The notes under the pieces: generated by a model
What the model was told of the DNA's origin: nothing
Seen by the model: only the letters and a program-made list of their open reading frames with translations
Databases searched by the model: none
Program-made: the position numbers and the translations under genes
From: an uncultured virus (IMG/VR IMGVR_UViG_3300020577_009925)
Lineage: Duplodnaviria > Heunggongvirae > Uroviricota > Caudoviricetes
DNA: 64,000 bases
Strand: one strand, 5' to 3'
IMG/VR virus record: IMGVR_UViG_3300020577_009925
Part shown: in pieces, positions 20,155 to 28,484 of the stretch
Layout: each line of letters opens with the position of its first letter
Position numbering within the stretch: position 1 is the stretch's first letter

Positions 20155-20556
20155 TTAGCTAGCAGTATGAATTTGAAGACCGATCGCCGCCGGAATGGCT
20201 GATCCGTTGGAAATAGCTCGGATCTCCACCTCACCTGCAGGTGTCGTTCCATCAGCTTGCGTGAGCTCATAGAAATAAGCGTCTGAAGCGGTCACTCCAC
20301 CTGTTCCTGCAGTGATGGCTACAGCAATGGTGTCAGCATCGGCCATTGACATTGCTGTTGCTCGCCGCGGCGGCTCCATCTGAGTGATAAACTTCACTGT
20401 CCCACTGTCATTTATGAACATCAAACCTTTGAGAACGCCTGATATCACCAGCGCAACATCGCCAGGGTTGGGAATATCGGTGGTCGTCGGCATGGTCGTG
20501 GTTGTAACCAGACCTCCGCTACTGTTTGCTGATTCATCCCACCACCTGCGTCCCAT
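20155..20556 (-). CDS. Hypothetical protein
   Basis: Co-oriented ORF with GGAG RBS. Confidence 0.55.
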   Translation of the reverse strand: MGRRWWDESANSSGGLVTTTTMPTTTDIPNPGDVALVISGVLKGLMFINDSGTVKFITQMEPPRRATAMSMADADTIAVAITAGTGGVTASDAYFYELTQADGTTPAGEVEIRAISNGSAIPAAIGLQIHTAS

Positions 20557-20627
20557 AACAGTTCTCCAAGTAAATCTTCCAGCTTAAAGCTCGTGAAAAA
20601 CAGAATAGCCGTTGAGATATGGGCACG

Positions 20628-20656
20628 AAAAAAGCCACGGTGGGTGCCGTGGCTTT
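20628..20656 (-). terminator. Intrinsic terminator
   Basis: aaagccacgg/ccgtggcttt stem followed by a T-run on the minus strand. Confidence 0.7.
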
Positions 20657-20677
20657 AATTGGGTCTATCGAGGGAAA

Positions 20678-21712
20678 CTACTCGATAGTTACACAGCCCT
20701 CGGGCGTGCAGATAGTTCTGGACGTGCTCCGCTGCGGAGTCATGGCGTCGATCATGTTGCGAACCGGAGCCATTGCAGTGGCAACCGGAGCAATCTGCAT
20801 CGGAGTGGCATACATCTGAGTTGGAGCACTGTACTGAACTGGAGCCATTGAGTACGGCGAAACGATCGCTCCGTCATTAGCTACAGGCTCACATCCACAA
20901 TCAGGTACGCCAACGCTTTGCATAGGAGCTACCGAATACGATGGGGCTACCGAGCTGACTGGCGAAACGATGCGACTATCACGTCGATTGGCGACTGCTT
21001 TTCGAATAGGACCACGAACAGGAACTGCGACCTGAACGTTGGAGTAACTTCCAGTGCAACCACCACTCTTAACAGCTCGATTAACAGTTCTGTACGGCTG
21101 AGCTCGAACTGCTTGAACAGTCTGAACAGGAACAGCTTGCATTACCGGCTGCGAGTACTGAACAGGAGCAGCTTGCGAGTAGCTTCCGTTACTTCCACCA
21201 CTGCGAACAGCCTGGTTGTAACGAACAGTCTGCGTGTACTGAACTGGGGCGCTGTAGGAGTATTCAACTGGAGCACTGTAGGAGTACTGGACAGGTGCTG
21301 CCTGGGAGTAACTGCCATTGCTGCCACCACTCTTAACAGGTGCTGCCTGGGAATAACTACCATTGCTTCCACCGCTCTTAACAGGTGCTGCCTGAGAGTA
21401 GCTTCCGTTACTTCCACCACTCTTAACAGGTGCTGCTGGCGTAGGTACAACCGGAGTTTCAGTTACTTCAGCTACGACGTCGTCAGTGGGAACCGGTGAA
21501 ACAATCTTGTCGTCATACCACTTGGCGAAATGGAACTGGTTAGACTCTAAACGACCCAGACCGGAGACTACTCCGTCGACGCGGGCGTCAACAATCCACT
21601 CAGATGTATCTGCGGCCTGACGCTTAACGGTTGGTTTTGTCTTGTCGCCAGCTTTCATCATAAACGACGACATGGCCACCAAGGCCAGCACTACGATAGT
21701 AAATCGACTCAT
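20678..21712 (-). CDS. Secreted low-complexity repeat protein
   Basis: Signal-peptide-like N-terminus; QAAPVKSGGSNGSYS repeats; C-terminal CTPEGC. Confidence 0.6.
   Translation of the reverse strand: MSRFTIVVLALVAMSSFMMKAGDKTKPTVKRQAADTSEWIVDARVDGVVSGLGRLESNQFHFAKWYDDKIVSPVPTDDVVAEVTETPVVPTPAAPVKSGGSNGSYSQAAPVKSGGSNGSYSQAAPVKSGGSNGSYSQAAPVQYSYSAPVEYSYSAPVQYTQTVRYNQAVRSGGSNGSYSQAAPVQYSQPVMQAVPVQTVQAVRAQPYRTVNRAVKSGGCTGSYSNVQVAVPVRGPIRKAVANRRDSRIVSPVSSVAPSYSVAPMQSVGVPDCGCEPVANDGAIVSPYSMAPVQYSAPTQMYATPMQIAPVATAMAPVRNMIDAMTPQRSTSRTICTPEGCVTIE
21290..21438. repeat. 45-bp tandem repeats (x3) encoding AAPVKSGGSNGSYSQ
   Basis: Synonymously diverged copies; further partial copies near 21050 and 21180. 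Confidence 0.8.
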
Positions 21713-22086
21713 TGTTCTTCCTTCGCTTTCTTTGAGGCAGCCTTAAGTGCCGCCGATTGAGTAGCCAGCTGCTGTTGCAACTGACCGATTTGAGACATCA
21801 GTTTAGTGTTATTTTCCTCAGCGGCGCTCACTCGAACACCTAAGGAACCAATAACCTGCTTAACGTTCTCCATGATGCCCATCACGTTAACGCTGATGGT
21901 CTGGACGCTATCGAGCACCCCTTGGGCCTTTAGAATCGCCGTGTTGGCGTTGGCCTTAACCTCTTTAACCTCAGCTATTAATGCTTTCGCCTCCCGTTTC
22001 CAGTAAAGGTACTCGCTAACACCAAATAGTGACGCTCCAATAAGGAACATCACTACCAGGCTAATCATAATCTCTTTGAAACTCAT
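21709..22086 (-). CDS. Membrane-anchored coiled-coil protein (spanin/holin-like, putative)
   Basis: N-terminal TM helix followed by a heptad-rich helix. Confidence 0.4.
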   Translation of the reverse strand: MSFKEIMISLVVMFLIGASLFGVSEYLYWKREAKALIAEVKEVKANANTAILKAQGVLDSVQTISVNVMGIMENVKQVIGSLGVRVSAAEENNTKLMSQIGQLQQQLATQSAALKAASKKAKEEQ

Positions 22087-22106
22087 CGCACACCTTCAGT
22101 TCGGGA

Positions 22107-23405
22107 TTATCCCCAAGGCTTCAAGACCTTCTTCCAATCTCCAGGAGTAAAGATTCGAGGCTTGAGGTTCGGCATATCGGACAAGGCAATCATTGTTGTC
22201 CACTTGTGAGCCAGCATCTGCTTAATAGCCGTCGGACTCCAGCATTGCCAGCCAGGATACTTCTTGGAACCCCACTGCTTGCTCCAGGAGTTCATGATCC
22301 ACCAGTACGGATCGCCGTTCTTGTCGGTTTCTTCTCCAAGGCAAAGAGCGCAAATAGCGTGCCCGCCGTTACCAGGCTTGAAGGTCTCGACCTTGTCAGT
22401 ACTCATGGCGTCGCCCCAGGCAACACCCATGTGAAGACCGCCCATTCCAGAACCAAGGAAGATTCGGCCTTCTTCGTACTGCTGAACCGCAAAAGCCTTG
22501 GCCAGCTTATTGAAGGCAGCATTCTGAACAATGGCATCCCAATTGGCTGGTCGCGTTGGGTCATACTTGCCGGTGTATGGCCAAAGCTTCTCTTCGCAAA
22601 GGCCCACGCTCATGACCAGTTCACGGCCGCCATCAATGGTCGAACCGTCGTCCTTGCCAAGGAGCCCATCAAGTCGCTGAGTTTCGTAATAACCCATAGC
22701 GCGGGACAGCTGAGTAACCTTGCCAGTAGCGATTGCCCGGCACCACTCGGTAACACTCGATAGCGAATGCCCCTGACAGTTGTGAACAATGATATCTTCG
22801 CAAAGGAACGAGTTGTCTACAGCAACGTTGAGGCAATGTACCTGCAGGTTAGTAACATTCTCACTCTTAATGTAATCGATGCTGGTCAAACGACCTTCGC
22901 TGCACTGACCGTTGAGCGTTGTGGCCTTGACCAGCGGACTGATGCATCGATCAAACTGTTGGAGCGCGTCAGCCCGAACCCACTGAATGTCTTCAGGTAA
23001 TCCATTGCCAAGCCCCGCTTCCTGCTTGCAGATCCGGATCAGGTGATCTTCGGTGCAGCGGATGATCGTTAGGTCTTCGAGGTAAAGAGTAAACAGCTTA
23101 CCAGTGAAAAGTCGGTTAGTTGGCGCCACAACATTTTGGATCTTCTTGGTGTGGGTCTGAACGCGATCGTCAGCCTCAACCTCGGTGATCGGAATCTTAC
23201 CTTTGTTGAGAGTGTTGACCTGCATGTCAGGCGTGAAACACGCTCCGACGTTGCCCTGGTTTTCCACCTGCATGATTTCCCGAGGATCGAGCTTGACCTC
23301 AGTGTACGTACCCTTGAAAGTCATCAGCTGACTAGCTTTGGGAAGCAACTGAAACTTGCTTTTGTCTTCTCGCTCGGGATTGTATCCAATGAATGGCTCA
23401 GACAT
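22107..23405 (-). CDS. Papain-like (C1-type) cysteine peptidase containing a mini-intein
   Basis: ENQGNVGA|C catalytic motif, GGHAI (His), IMNSWSKQWG (Asn), WPY motif. Confidence 0.85.
   Translation of the reverse strand: MSEPFIGYNPEREDKSKFQLLPKASQLMTFKGTYTEVKLDPREIMQVENQGNVGACFTPDMQVNTLNKGKIPITEVEADDRVQTHTKKIQNVVAPTNRLFTGKLFTLYLEDLTIIRCTEDHLIRICKQEAGLGNGLPEDIQWVRADALQQFDRCISPLVKATTLNGQCSEGRLTSIDYIKSENVTNLQVHCLNVAVDNSFLCEDIIVHNCQGHSLSSVTEWCRAIATGKVTQLSRAMGYYETQRLDGLLGKDDGSTIDGGRELVMSVGLCEEKLWPYTGKYDPTRPANWDAIVQNAAFNKLAKAFAVQQYEEGRIFLGSGMGGLHMGVAWGDAMSTDKVETFKPGNGGHAICALCLGEETDKNGDPYWWIMNSWSKQWGSKKYPGWQCWSPTAIKQMLAHKWTTMIALSDMPNLKPRIFTPGDWKKVLKPWG
22779..23240 (-). mobile_element. Mini-intein (154 aa) in C1 peptidase
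   Basis: Starts CFTPDMQV; block B IRCTEDH; ends IIVHN followed by +1 Cys; no endonuclease motifs. Confidence 0.9.
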
Positions 23406-23438
23406 GGTCTACCTTTACTAAAAGCCGCTTGACGCGGG

Positions 23439-24161
23439 TTACTTCTTTTTCTTCAGCTTCTTGGCTGCCGCGTCGATTTTAGCAGTGGCCCCGTCAACAT
23501 CATAACTCACGCGAGAGTTGGCCATGATGTCACCCATTCGACCCTCAAGCTTTTCGGTCATTACCTGAGAGAGTTCCTCCATGAAAGCATCAGCGGATGA
23601 GTTGAAACGCTCGGCGAACTCCTTGTTGATCCACTCAGCTCGGTCCTCGTCCTTTTCGAACTTCTGCTTACCAGCGAGCTTCATGATCTCCATCTTTGAC
23701 TGCCAATCAGCAGCGTGCAGACGGTAAAGCGCAATGGCTGCAGCGGCGGCGTGATCTTCATTGGTCACAACAACATCAACGGGCGAAACAATGCGATCGT
23801 CACCTGAATCAGTGTCAGGTTCAACCTCGGCCGAGTCGTCACCCCGCCAGTTCTCAATGAACTGTTTGCCGACAAAGTTGTAGATGATAATCAGGCCTAG
23901 GGCAGCGATGACCAACATCTGACCCCACTTCATGATTGCACCAGTGGGGATGGAAAGGGTGACTTGTTTGTTCACGGTAGCAGGTCCTTCGGAAATTGGT
24001 TGCTGCACTGGCTCAAGCTCTGCAGGCTCGACTGCGGTAGTTGGAGCTGAGACAGCGCTGTCGCTGACAGGGGTTGGCTCCACATACACCGGCCTGGCTG
24101 GAGGCTGAGGAAGTGGAGCTGAAATCGGTTGCACACGTTTTGATTGTCTTTTAATGGCCAT
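23439..24161 (-). CDS. Single-pass membrane protein
   Basis: Pro-rich N-terminus, TM helix MLVIAALGLIIIYNFV, helical C-terminal domain. Confidence 0.6.
   Translation of the reverse strand: MAIKRQSKRVQPISAPLPQPPARPVYVEPTPVSDSAVSAPTTAVEPAELEPVQQPISEGPATVNKQVTLSIPTGAIMKWGQMLVIAALGLIIIYNFVGKQFIENWRGDDSAEVEPDTDSGDDRIVSPVDVVVTNEDHAAAAAIALYRLHAADWQSKMEIMKLAGKQKFEKDEDRAEWINKEFAERFNSSADAFMEELSQVMTEKLEGRMGDIMANSRVSYDVDGATAKIDAAAKKLKKKK
24051..24062 (+). repeat. Dispersed palindrome, copy 3 (in CDS)
   Basis: tga-GACAGCGCTGTC-gc. Confidence 0.95.
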
Positions 24162-24172
24162 AGGAGATTATG

Positions 24173-25374
24173 CCGTTCTCTAAAACCTACCTAAATCTAC
24201 CTAAGCAGATCTAGCATTTAGTTCCTGCTTCGACGCAACTTGCCAAACCGAAGTTTGGGCTTACTGTCGCTCCACAGGCATACACTGACGAACTGCCAGC
24301 GTTTCTCAAATTCAGTGCGGCGTTGAAGTCTCGCGACAAGCTGACTCCACACGACTCGCACTCGTAGACTCTTTCCGATAGCTCAAGTCGGTCCTTCCTG
24401 CTTCCGCAATTGGAACAGAGTTTGGAACTCGGAAAGAATCGATCTACTACCACAAGTTCGCTACCGTACCACTCACATTTGTAAGTCAGTTGACGGCGAA
24501 ACTCGTAGAATCCAACGTCTGCAATCGCTTTGGCCAACTTCCGATTTTTGAGCATTCCTTTTACATTCAAGTCTTCAATCGCGATCTTGCCGTGGTTCTT
24601 GGCCAAGTGTGAAGTGAGCCTGTGCAAATGGTCTGCGCGGATGCAAGCTATGCGGTAATGTAAACGTGAGATCTTCTCTTTGGTTTTAGCTCGATTGTTC
24701 GAACCTTTCTTCTGTCTGCCAAGCTTTCGCTGTAGGGCTTTCAACTTGGCTTGGTTACGTCCAGACGCCTTTGGATTGTCAAATGTCTTGCCGGTTGATA
24801 GAGTCGCCAAGGTCGCAATTCCAAGATCAACTCCAACAACGTCTACGGCTTTCGCGGTTGGCTGCGACTTATGGTCAAGCTTGAAACTAACAAACCATTT
24901 GCCGCCTTGTTTGGAAACTACGCAGTTCTTGGGTGAGGAGGTCGGCAGCTTCTCAAAAGTTCGCACCCAACCCAGAACAGGTAGCCTGATCTTCTTGCCT
25001 TTGATTTGGATTGCACCCTCCAGGTAGAACGAGTCTCGCCTGCCCTTCTTCTTTCGCTTTGGAAATCCGCCAAGCTTCTTGAAGAACCGTTTGTAAGCCT
25101 TGTCCAGGTTTCGCAAAGCCTCTTGAGGAGCACGTTTCGAAACGTCGTAGTACCAAGCGCTAACCGTCTTAACCTCGGCAACCAGCCGCTTGTGGAGGTC
25201 AATTGCCGATGGTCGTTTCTCCTTATCTTGATAGGCCTGTCTGCAAACATCCAAAGCCCAATTCCAAGCATGACGAGCTACCCCAGCATGTCGGGCACAT
25301 GCGGTTTTCTGCTTGTTGGTTAAATCCAGCTGCGTCTTAAAGCTTTTCATAGGTAGATTTAGGTAGGTTTTTGG
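24173..25374 (-). mobile_element. Non-autonomous tnpB-only IS607-like element with 22-bp inverted end repeats
   Basis: aaaacctacctaaatctaccta (24182-24203) is the exact reverse complement of 25350-25371; right end reads ...GTAGGTTTTAGAGAACGG; no tnpA. Confidence 0.75.
24211..25350 (-). CDS. tnpB: RNA-guided endonuclease TnpB
   Basis: N-terminal HTH, GFPKRKKK, RuvC residues GVDLG / IEDL / RDFNAA intact, CSNC...CESC Zn finger. Confidence 0.93.
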   Translation of the reverse strand: MKSFKTQLDLTNKQKTACARHAGVARHAWNWALDVCRQAYQDKEKRPSAIDLHKRLVAEVKTVSAWYYDVSKRAPQEALRNLDKAYKRFFKKLGGFPKRKKKGRRDSFYLEGAIQIKGKKIRLPVLGWVRTFEKLPTSSPKNCVVSKQGGKWFVSFKLDHKSQPTAKAVDVVGVDLGIATLATLSTGKTFDNPKASGRNQAKLKALQRKLGRQKKGSNNRAKTKEKISRLHYRIACIRADHLHRLTSHLAKNHGKIAIEDLNVKGMLKNRKLAKAIADVGFYEFRRQLTYKCEWYGSELVVVDRFFPSSKLCSNCGSRKDRLELSERVYECESCGVSLSRDFNAALNLRNAGSSSVYACGATVSPNFGLASCVEAGTKC

Positions 25375-25689
25375 CTACTGTTTCTCAGCCTTCCACGCTT
25401 TCCACACATTGTATAGGGTCATCAGGATCTTGATGACCATGATTATTGTAATGATTGATCCGTAAGTCTGCTTGGCTGTCGGAGCCTGAAGCGAGGTTTG
25501 CAGCTCTTGGTCATCCTGACACTTGGGGAAGCGGTCCTCGGCGATCGACATGATCTTCTCATAGTTCTCGTGGAGAACCTTGAGCTCTTCCTCGGAAAAC
25601 TTTGACTCGTCAACAATACTTTCCAATGCTTGCTGAACCGTACCTCGTCTGGCGATCTTGCTTTTGCGACGGTTTCTCAGTAATCCCAT
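25375..25689 (-). CDS. Small membrane protein (holin-like, putative)
   Basis: C-terminal hydrophobic helix YGSIITIIMVIKILMTLY; first gene of the cassette. Confidence 0.4.
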   Translation of the reverse strand: MGLLRNRRKSKIARRGTVQQALESIVDESKFSEEELKVLHENYEKIMSIAEDRFPKCQDDQELQTSLQAPTAKQTYGSIITIIMVIKILMTLYNVWKAWKAEKQ

Positions 25690-25735
25690 GAGTGAGCTCC
25701 TACGGTATTTATGGCTTTAGTTAGGTGAGTGCAAG

Positions 25736-25762
25736 AAAAAAGGGCACCCAAAGGGCGCCCTT
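25736..25762 (-). terminator. Intrinsic terminator
   Basis: aagggc.ccc/ggg.gccctt stem followed by a T-run on the minus strand. Confidence 0.65.
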
Positions 25763-25782
25763 AAGTGGCTTCGGCGACGAGT

Positions 25783-26163
25783 CTATCGATGAAGATTGAC
25801 CAGGGCGGAGCTGAAAGTCAGTGGGTCAGACAACAGGCCTTGAACCATCTCCATCGCAGCTTGCTTGCGGCTTTGATCGGCTGCTTGAGCTTGATCAGCT
25901 GGGCTGCTGGCTTGCTTGCTTCCAAGGATCAAGCCTAGAGCCTGGTTGACTGGATCATTGGCTGCGGTGTACTGGGCTGTCTTCTGTTCGAGTCTGTCAG
26001 ACGCTTCAAGCATTGCCTGGGCGTGCTGTTCGTTTTGAGGATGGATGCCGTAAGCAGCCAATCGCTCGAAGAATGCGCTTTTGCGAACTTCTGCTGGGTA
26101 GTGCTGAGCGACGTCAGGATTCATGCCCAGTGTTTCGCAAAGGTCAGTGTAAAGATTTGACAT
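25783..26163 (-). CDS. Head-associated protein (KxA-rich)
   Basis: Follows the MCP; contains RKSA, QKTA, SKQA and RKQA. Confidence 0.5.
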   Translation of the reverse strand: MSNLYTDLCETLGMNPDVAQHYPAEVRKSAFFERLAAYGIHPQNEQHAQAMLEASDRLEQKTAQYTAANDPVNQALGLILGSKQASSPADQAQAADQSRKQAAMEMVQGLLSDPLTFSSALVNLHR

Positions 26164-26202
26164 GAGTTTCTCTCTGTGCTCAGTGCGGTTTTGTTATTGG
26201 CG

Positions 26203-26244
26203 AAAACTGGGGGTCAGGCGAGGTGAATCTCACCCAACCCCCGG
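26203..26244 (-). terminator. Long hairpin after major capsid gene
   Basis: gggggttgggtgag...ctcgcctgaccccc stem followed by TTTT on the minus strand. Confidence 0.55.
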
Positions 26245-26257
26245 CTACGCGTGAGAA

Positions 26258-27220
26258 TTACAAGCTGAATCGGCTCTTGCTGACCGCAGCTTGGTTGATG
26301 ATCATCATACCGAAGACTTCGAAGATCTCGAACGAGATCTTGAGACCTCGGTTTTCCACTAACATCGTGGGTTCGTACATGTACACGTAACGACCCAACT
26401 GATTTTCTGGACCGAAGAAGTAGTAGTGACCTTGCGGTACCAGCTTCTTCTTGATGGTGGAGATCATTTGCAGGCTATCGCCAGGCATTGTGATTTCCAT
26501 GTCACCGTCGCGGAAGACCTGAGCAGCGATTTCCGATGCTGCGAAGTCTTGGCGGATTTGATCCTTCATCAGACCGATCATCAGGTGGTTGAACAAGCAG
26601 GTTGCTGGTTCGATGGCGTTTGGAGTTGAACGCATAACGTTCAGCTGTCGTTGCCATGTACCGTAGTTCCAACTTGCGCCAACGTTGACATCGTTCGCTA
26701 CGCCGGTGTACAGAAGCGGTGTGCTGCTCATGCACTTATCAGCAGTAGCAAGCAGCTTCTGGTCCTTGATGTAAGCCAACTGAAGGCTCAGCAAGTCGGT
26801 GAGTACAGTTCGGAAGTTGTACTCATAAGCTGCTAGTTCGGTGACGTTCTTGACGATTCGCTGTGTAGCGACTTCGGTCAAGCTCATGACCACTCGCTTA
26901 CCGTATGGATAAAACGTTTCAGCCAAGTTGCCGAAGTCGACCTGTTCTGCACCAGCGGTGTCAGGTTCGATTTCGATCATGATCATTGGATGATCCGAAT
27001 CCAGAGCCTTGGTACGCTCAGCTTCGTTCCAGCTTGTCGGTGTCAGGATCTTCGACGCAAACGACTGTTCGTAGTTGTTTGGGCGAAGGTAGTCAGTCAT
27101 GTCAATGGCTGCTTCCTTGACCTGACCTTCGTCACGACTCATGAGCCGGTCAACAATGGATTTTGACCATTGCTTGGACTGCTCACGTGTCATACTGGTG
27201 TAATCAATTTGGTCGAGCAT
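26258..27220 (-). CDS. Major capsid protein (HK97-fold, putative)
   Basis: 320 aa; order protease-scaffold-decoration-MCP followed by a terminator; C-terminal FEVFGMMIINQAAVSK pattern. Confidence 0.7.
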   Translation of the reverse strand: MLDQIDYTSMTREQSKQWSKSIVDRLMSRDEGQVKEAAIDMTDYLRPNNYEQSFASKILTPTSWNEAERTKALDSDHPMIMIEIEPDTAGAEQVDFGNLAETFYPYGKRVVMSLTEVATQRIVKNVTELAAYEYNFRTVLTDLLSLQLAYIKDQKLLATADKCMSSTPLLYTGVANDVNVGASWNYGTWQRQLNVMRSTPNAIEPATCLFNHLMIGLMKDQIRQDFAASEIAAQVFRDGDMEITMPGDSLQMISTIKKKLVPQGHYYFFGPENQLGRYVYMYEPTMLVENRGLKISFEIFEVFGMMIINQAAVSKSRFSL

Positions 27221-27285
27221 TTTGGTTATTTTCTCCCGTATGGGTTTGTTTGAAAGTTAAAGCGGACGGGCCGCGAAAGCGAGAG

Positions 27286-27945
27286 TTACAGTGCCAACGG
27301 GGCAGCCGCAGCTGGGATAGCGTTTGAAAGCTGACCAATTGCTGGACGGTACAAACTGTAGAACACCAGCATGTCGACACGGTGAGGCTTGCGGAACGCC
27401 ATTTCACTGACGATACCAACGATAGGATCGCGACCGTAGACAGGCTTAACTGCACCGACTTGATTGGTGACCTTACCAGCGTCAGTCTTGCCGTTGGTAA
27501 TCGCCAAACCAGCAGCGGCAACAGTTGGAGCAACTAGGAAGTCGTTGAGGGCGTAAGTGCCAGCCACGAATTCAGTTGTTGCCAATTCAAGACCTTCGAT
27601 ACCTGCATAGCACAGTACCTTGTGGTCAGCGTCGCTCTTCCAAGTAACGTGAGGCGCTAGCTGGACAGGCTGAGGATCGGATACTGCACCGGTTGATGGC
27701 TGGGCAGATCCGCGGAAAGTGAAGTAAGGAACGTTGTTGCCCTTACATCCCAGTGTGGTCTCACCGTTAACACCTGTGCGGCTAACGCATCGACCAGCAG
27801 GAACGTTCTGACCCAACAGCGACTGTTCTTGAGTGGAATCAGGGGTCAAGTTCTTGATCAGCTCGTGTTCAAAGCCGTCCAGACCACGAAGCACGTCGAG
27901 CTTCTGTGAGGTCATGTCCATGCCGCGAGCAATGAAATTCGTCAT
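27286..27945 (-). CDS. Putative capsid decoration/stabilising protein
   Basis: Beta-rich; ELATTEF...YALND...VGIV pattern; directly upstream of the MCP. Confidence 0.5.
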   Translation of the reverse strand: MTNFIARGMDMTSQKLDVLRGLDGFEHELIKNLTPDSTQEQSLLGQNVPAGRCVSRTGVNGETTLGCKGNNVPYFTFRGSAQPSTGAVSDPQPVQLAPHVTWKSDADHKVLCYAGIEGLELATTEFVAGTYALNDFLVAPTVAAAGLAITNGKTDAGKVTNQVGAVKPVYGRDPIVGIVSEMAFRKPHRVDMLVFYSLYRPAIGQLSNAIPAAAAPLAL

Positions 27946-28010
27946 TTTCTCTAATCTCCTTGAGGAGTTAATTGGTTATCGGAAATTGCACCCTACACGA
28001 GTGCCCAGTG

Positions 28011-28409
28011 TTAGCAGCGAGGCTTGGAAACCTGCTGTTTGTCTTTTGGAGTCGCGGAGGTCTTTGGCTCGACGACGGAACCCAGTGTGCTTGCCGATGC
28101 AACCTTAGGGCTGCCAGCAGCAACGTTGGAGCTGATCATGTAATCCAGAACCTTGCACGCGCCCGAAAGAGCGTTCACGTGGTTCGATGCAAAAGCATCA
28201 GCGTTGGACTGAATGATTGGCTTGGTATCTGGTACCAACATGGCAACCTTGCTTGAAAGGCTTAGTGCCAGGTCAGTAATCAGCTTTTGATCCTGCGCTG
28301 AAACAGCAGGAGCTGGTGCAGCGGCAGTCTTGTTCGCGGCGTCCAGCGAAGCGATCTTGCGAAAGCCAGCTTGAAGACTGCGAATGAGAGTCAGGTGATT
28401 ATTGGACAT
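28011..28409 (-). CDS. Head morphogenesis protein (KxA-rich)
   Basis: Contains RKIAS, NKTAA, SKVAM and PKVAS. Confidence 0.45.
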   Translation of the reverse strand: MSNNHLTLIRSLQAGFRKIASLDAANKTAAAPAPAVSAQDQKLITDLALSLSSKVAMLVPDTKPIIQSNADAFASNHVNALSGACKVLDYMISSNVAAGSPKVASASTLGSVVEPKTSATPKDKQQVSKPRC

Positions 28410-28484
28410 GAAAACCTCAGTTTTGATTTCGTGGTGTAGTCGGTCACTGGGTTAAGCAGTGACCAACATTAGTAACTACAAGCC

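Noticed and set aside
24162..24214. AGGAG-ATT-ATG mini-ORF (14 codons) on the plus strand across the tnpB right end
   Set aside because: Very short, SD spacing is only 3 nt, and it is antisense to the operon; probably coincidental.
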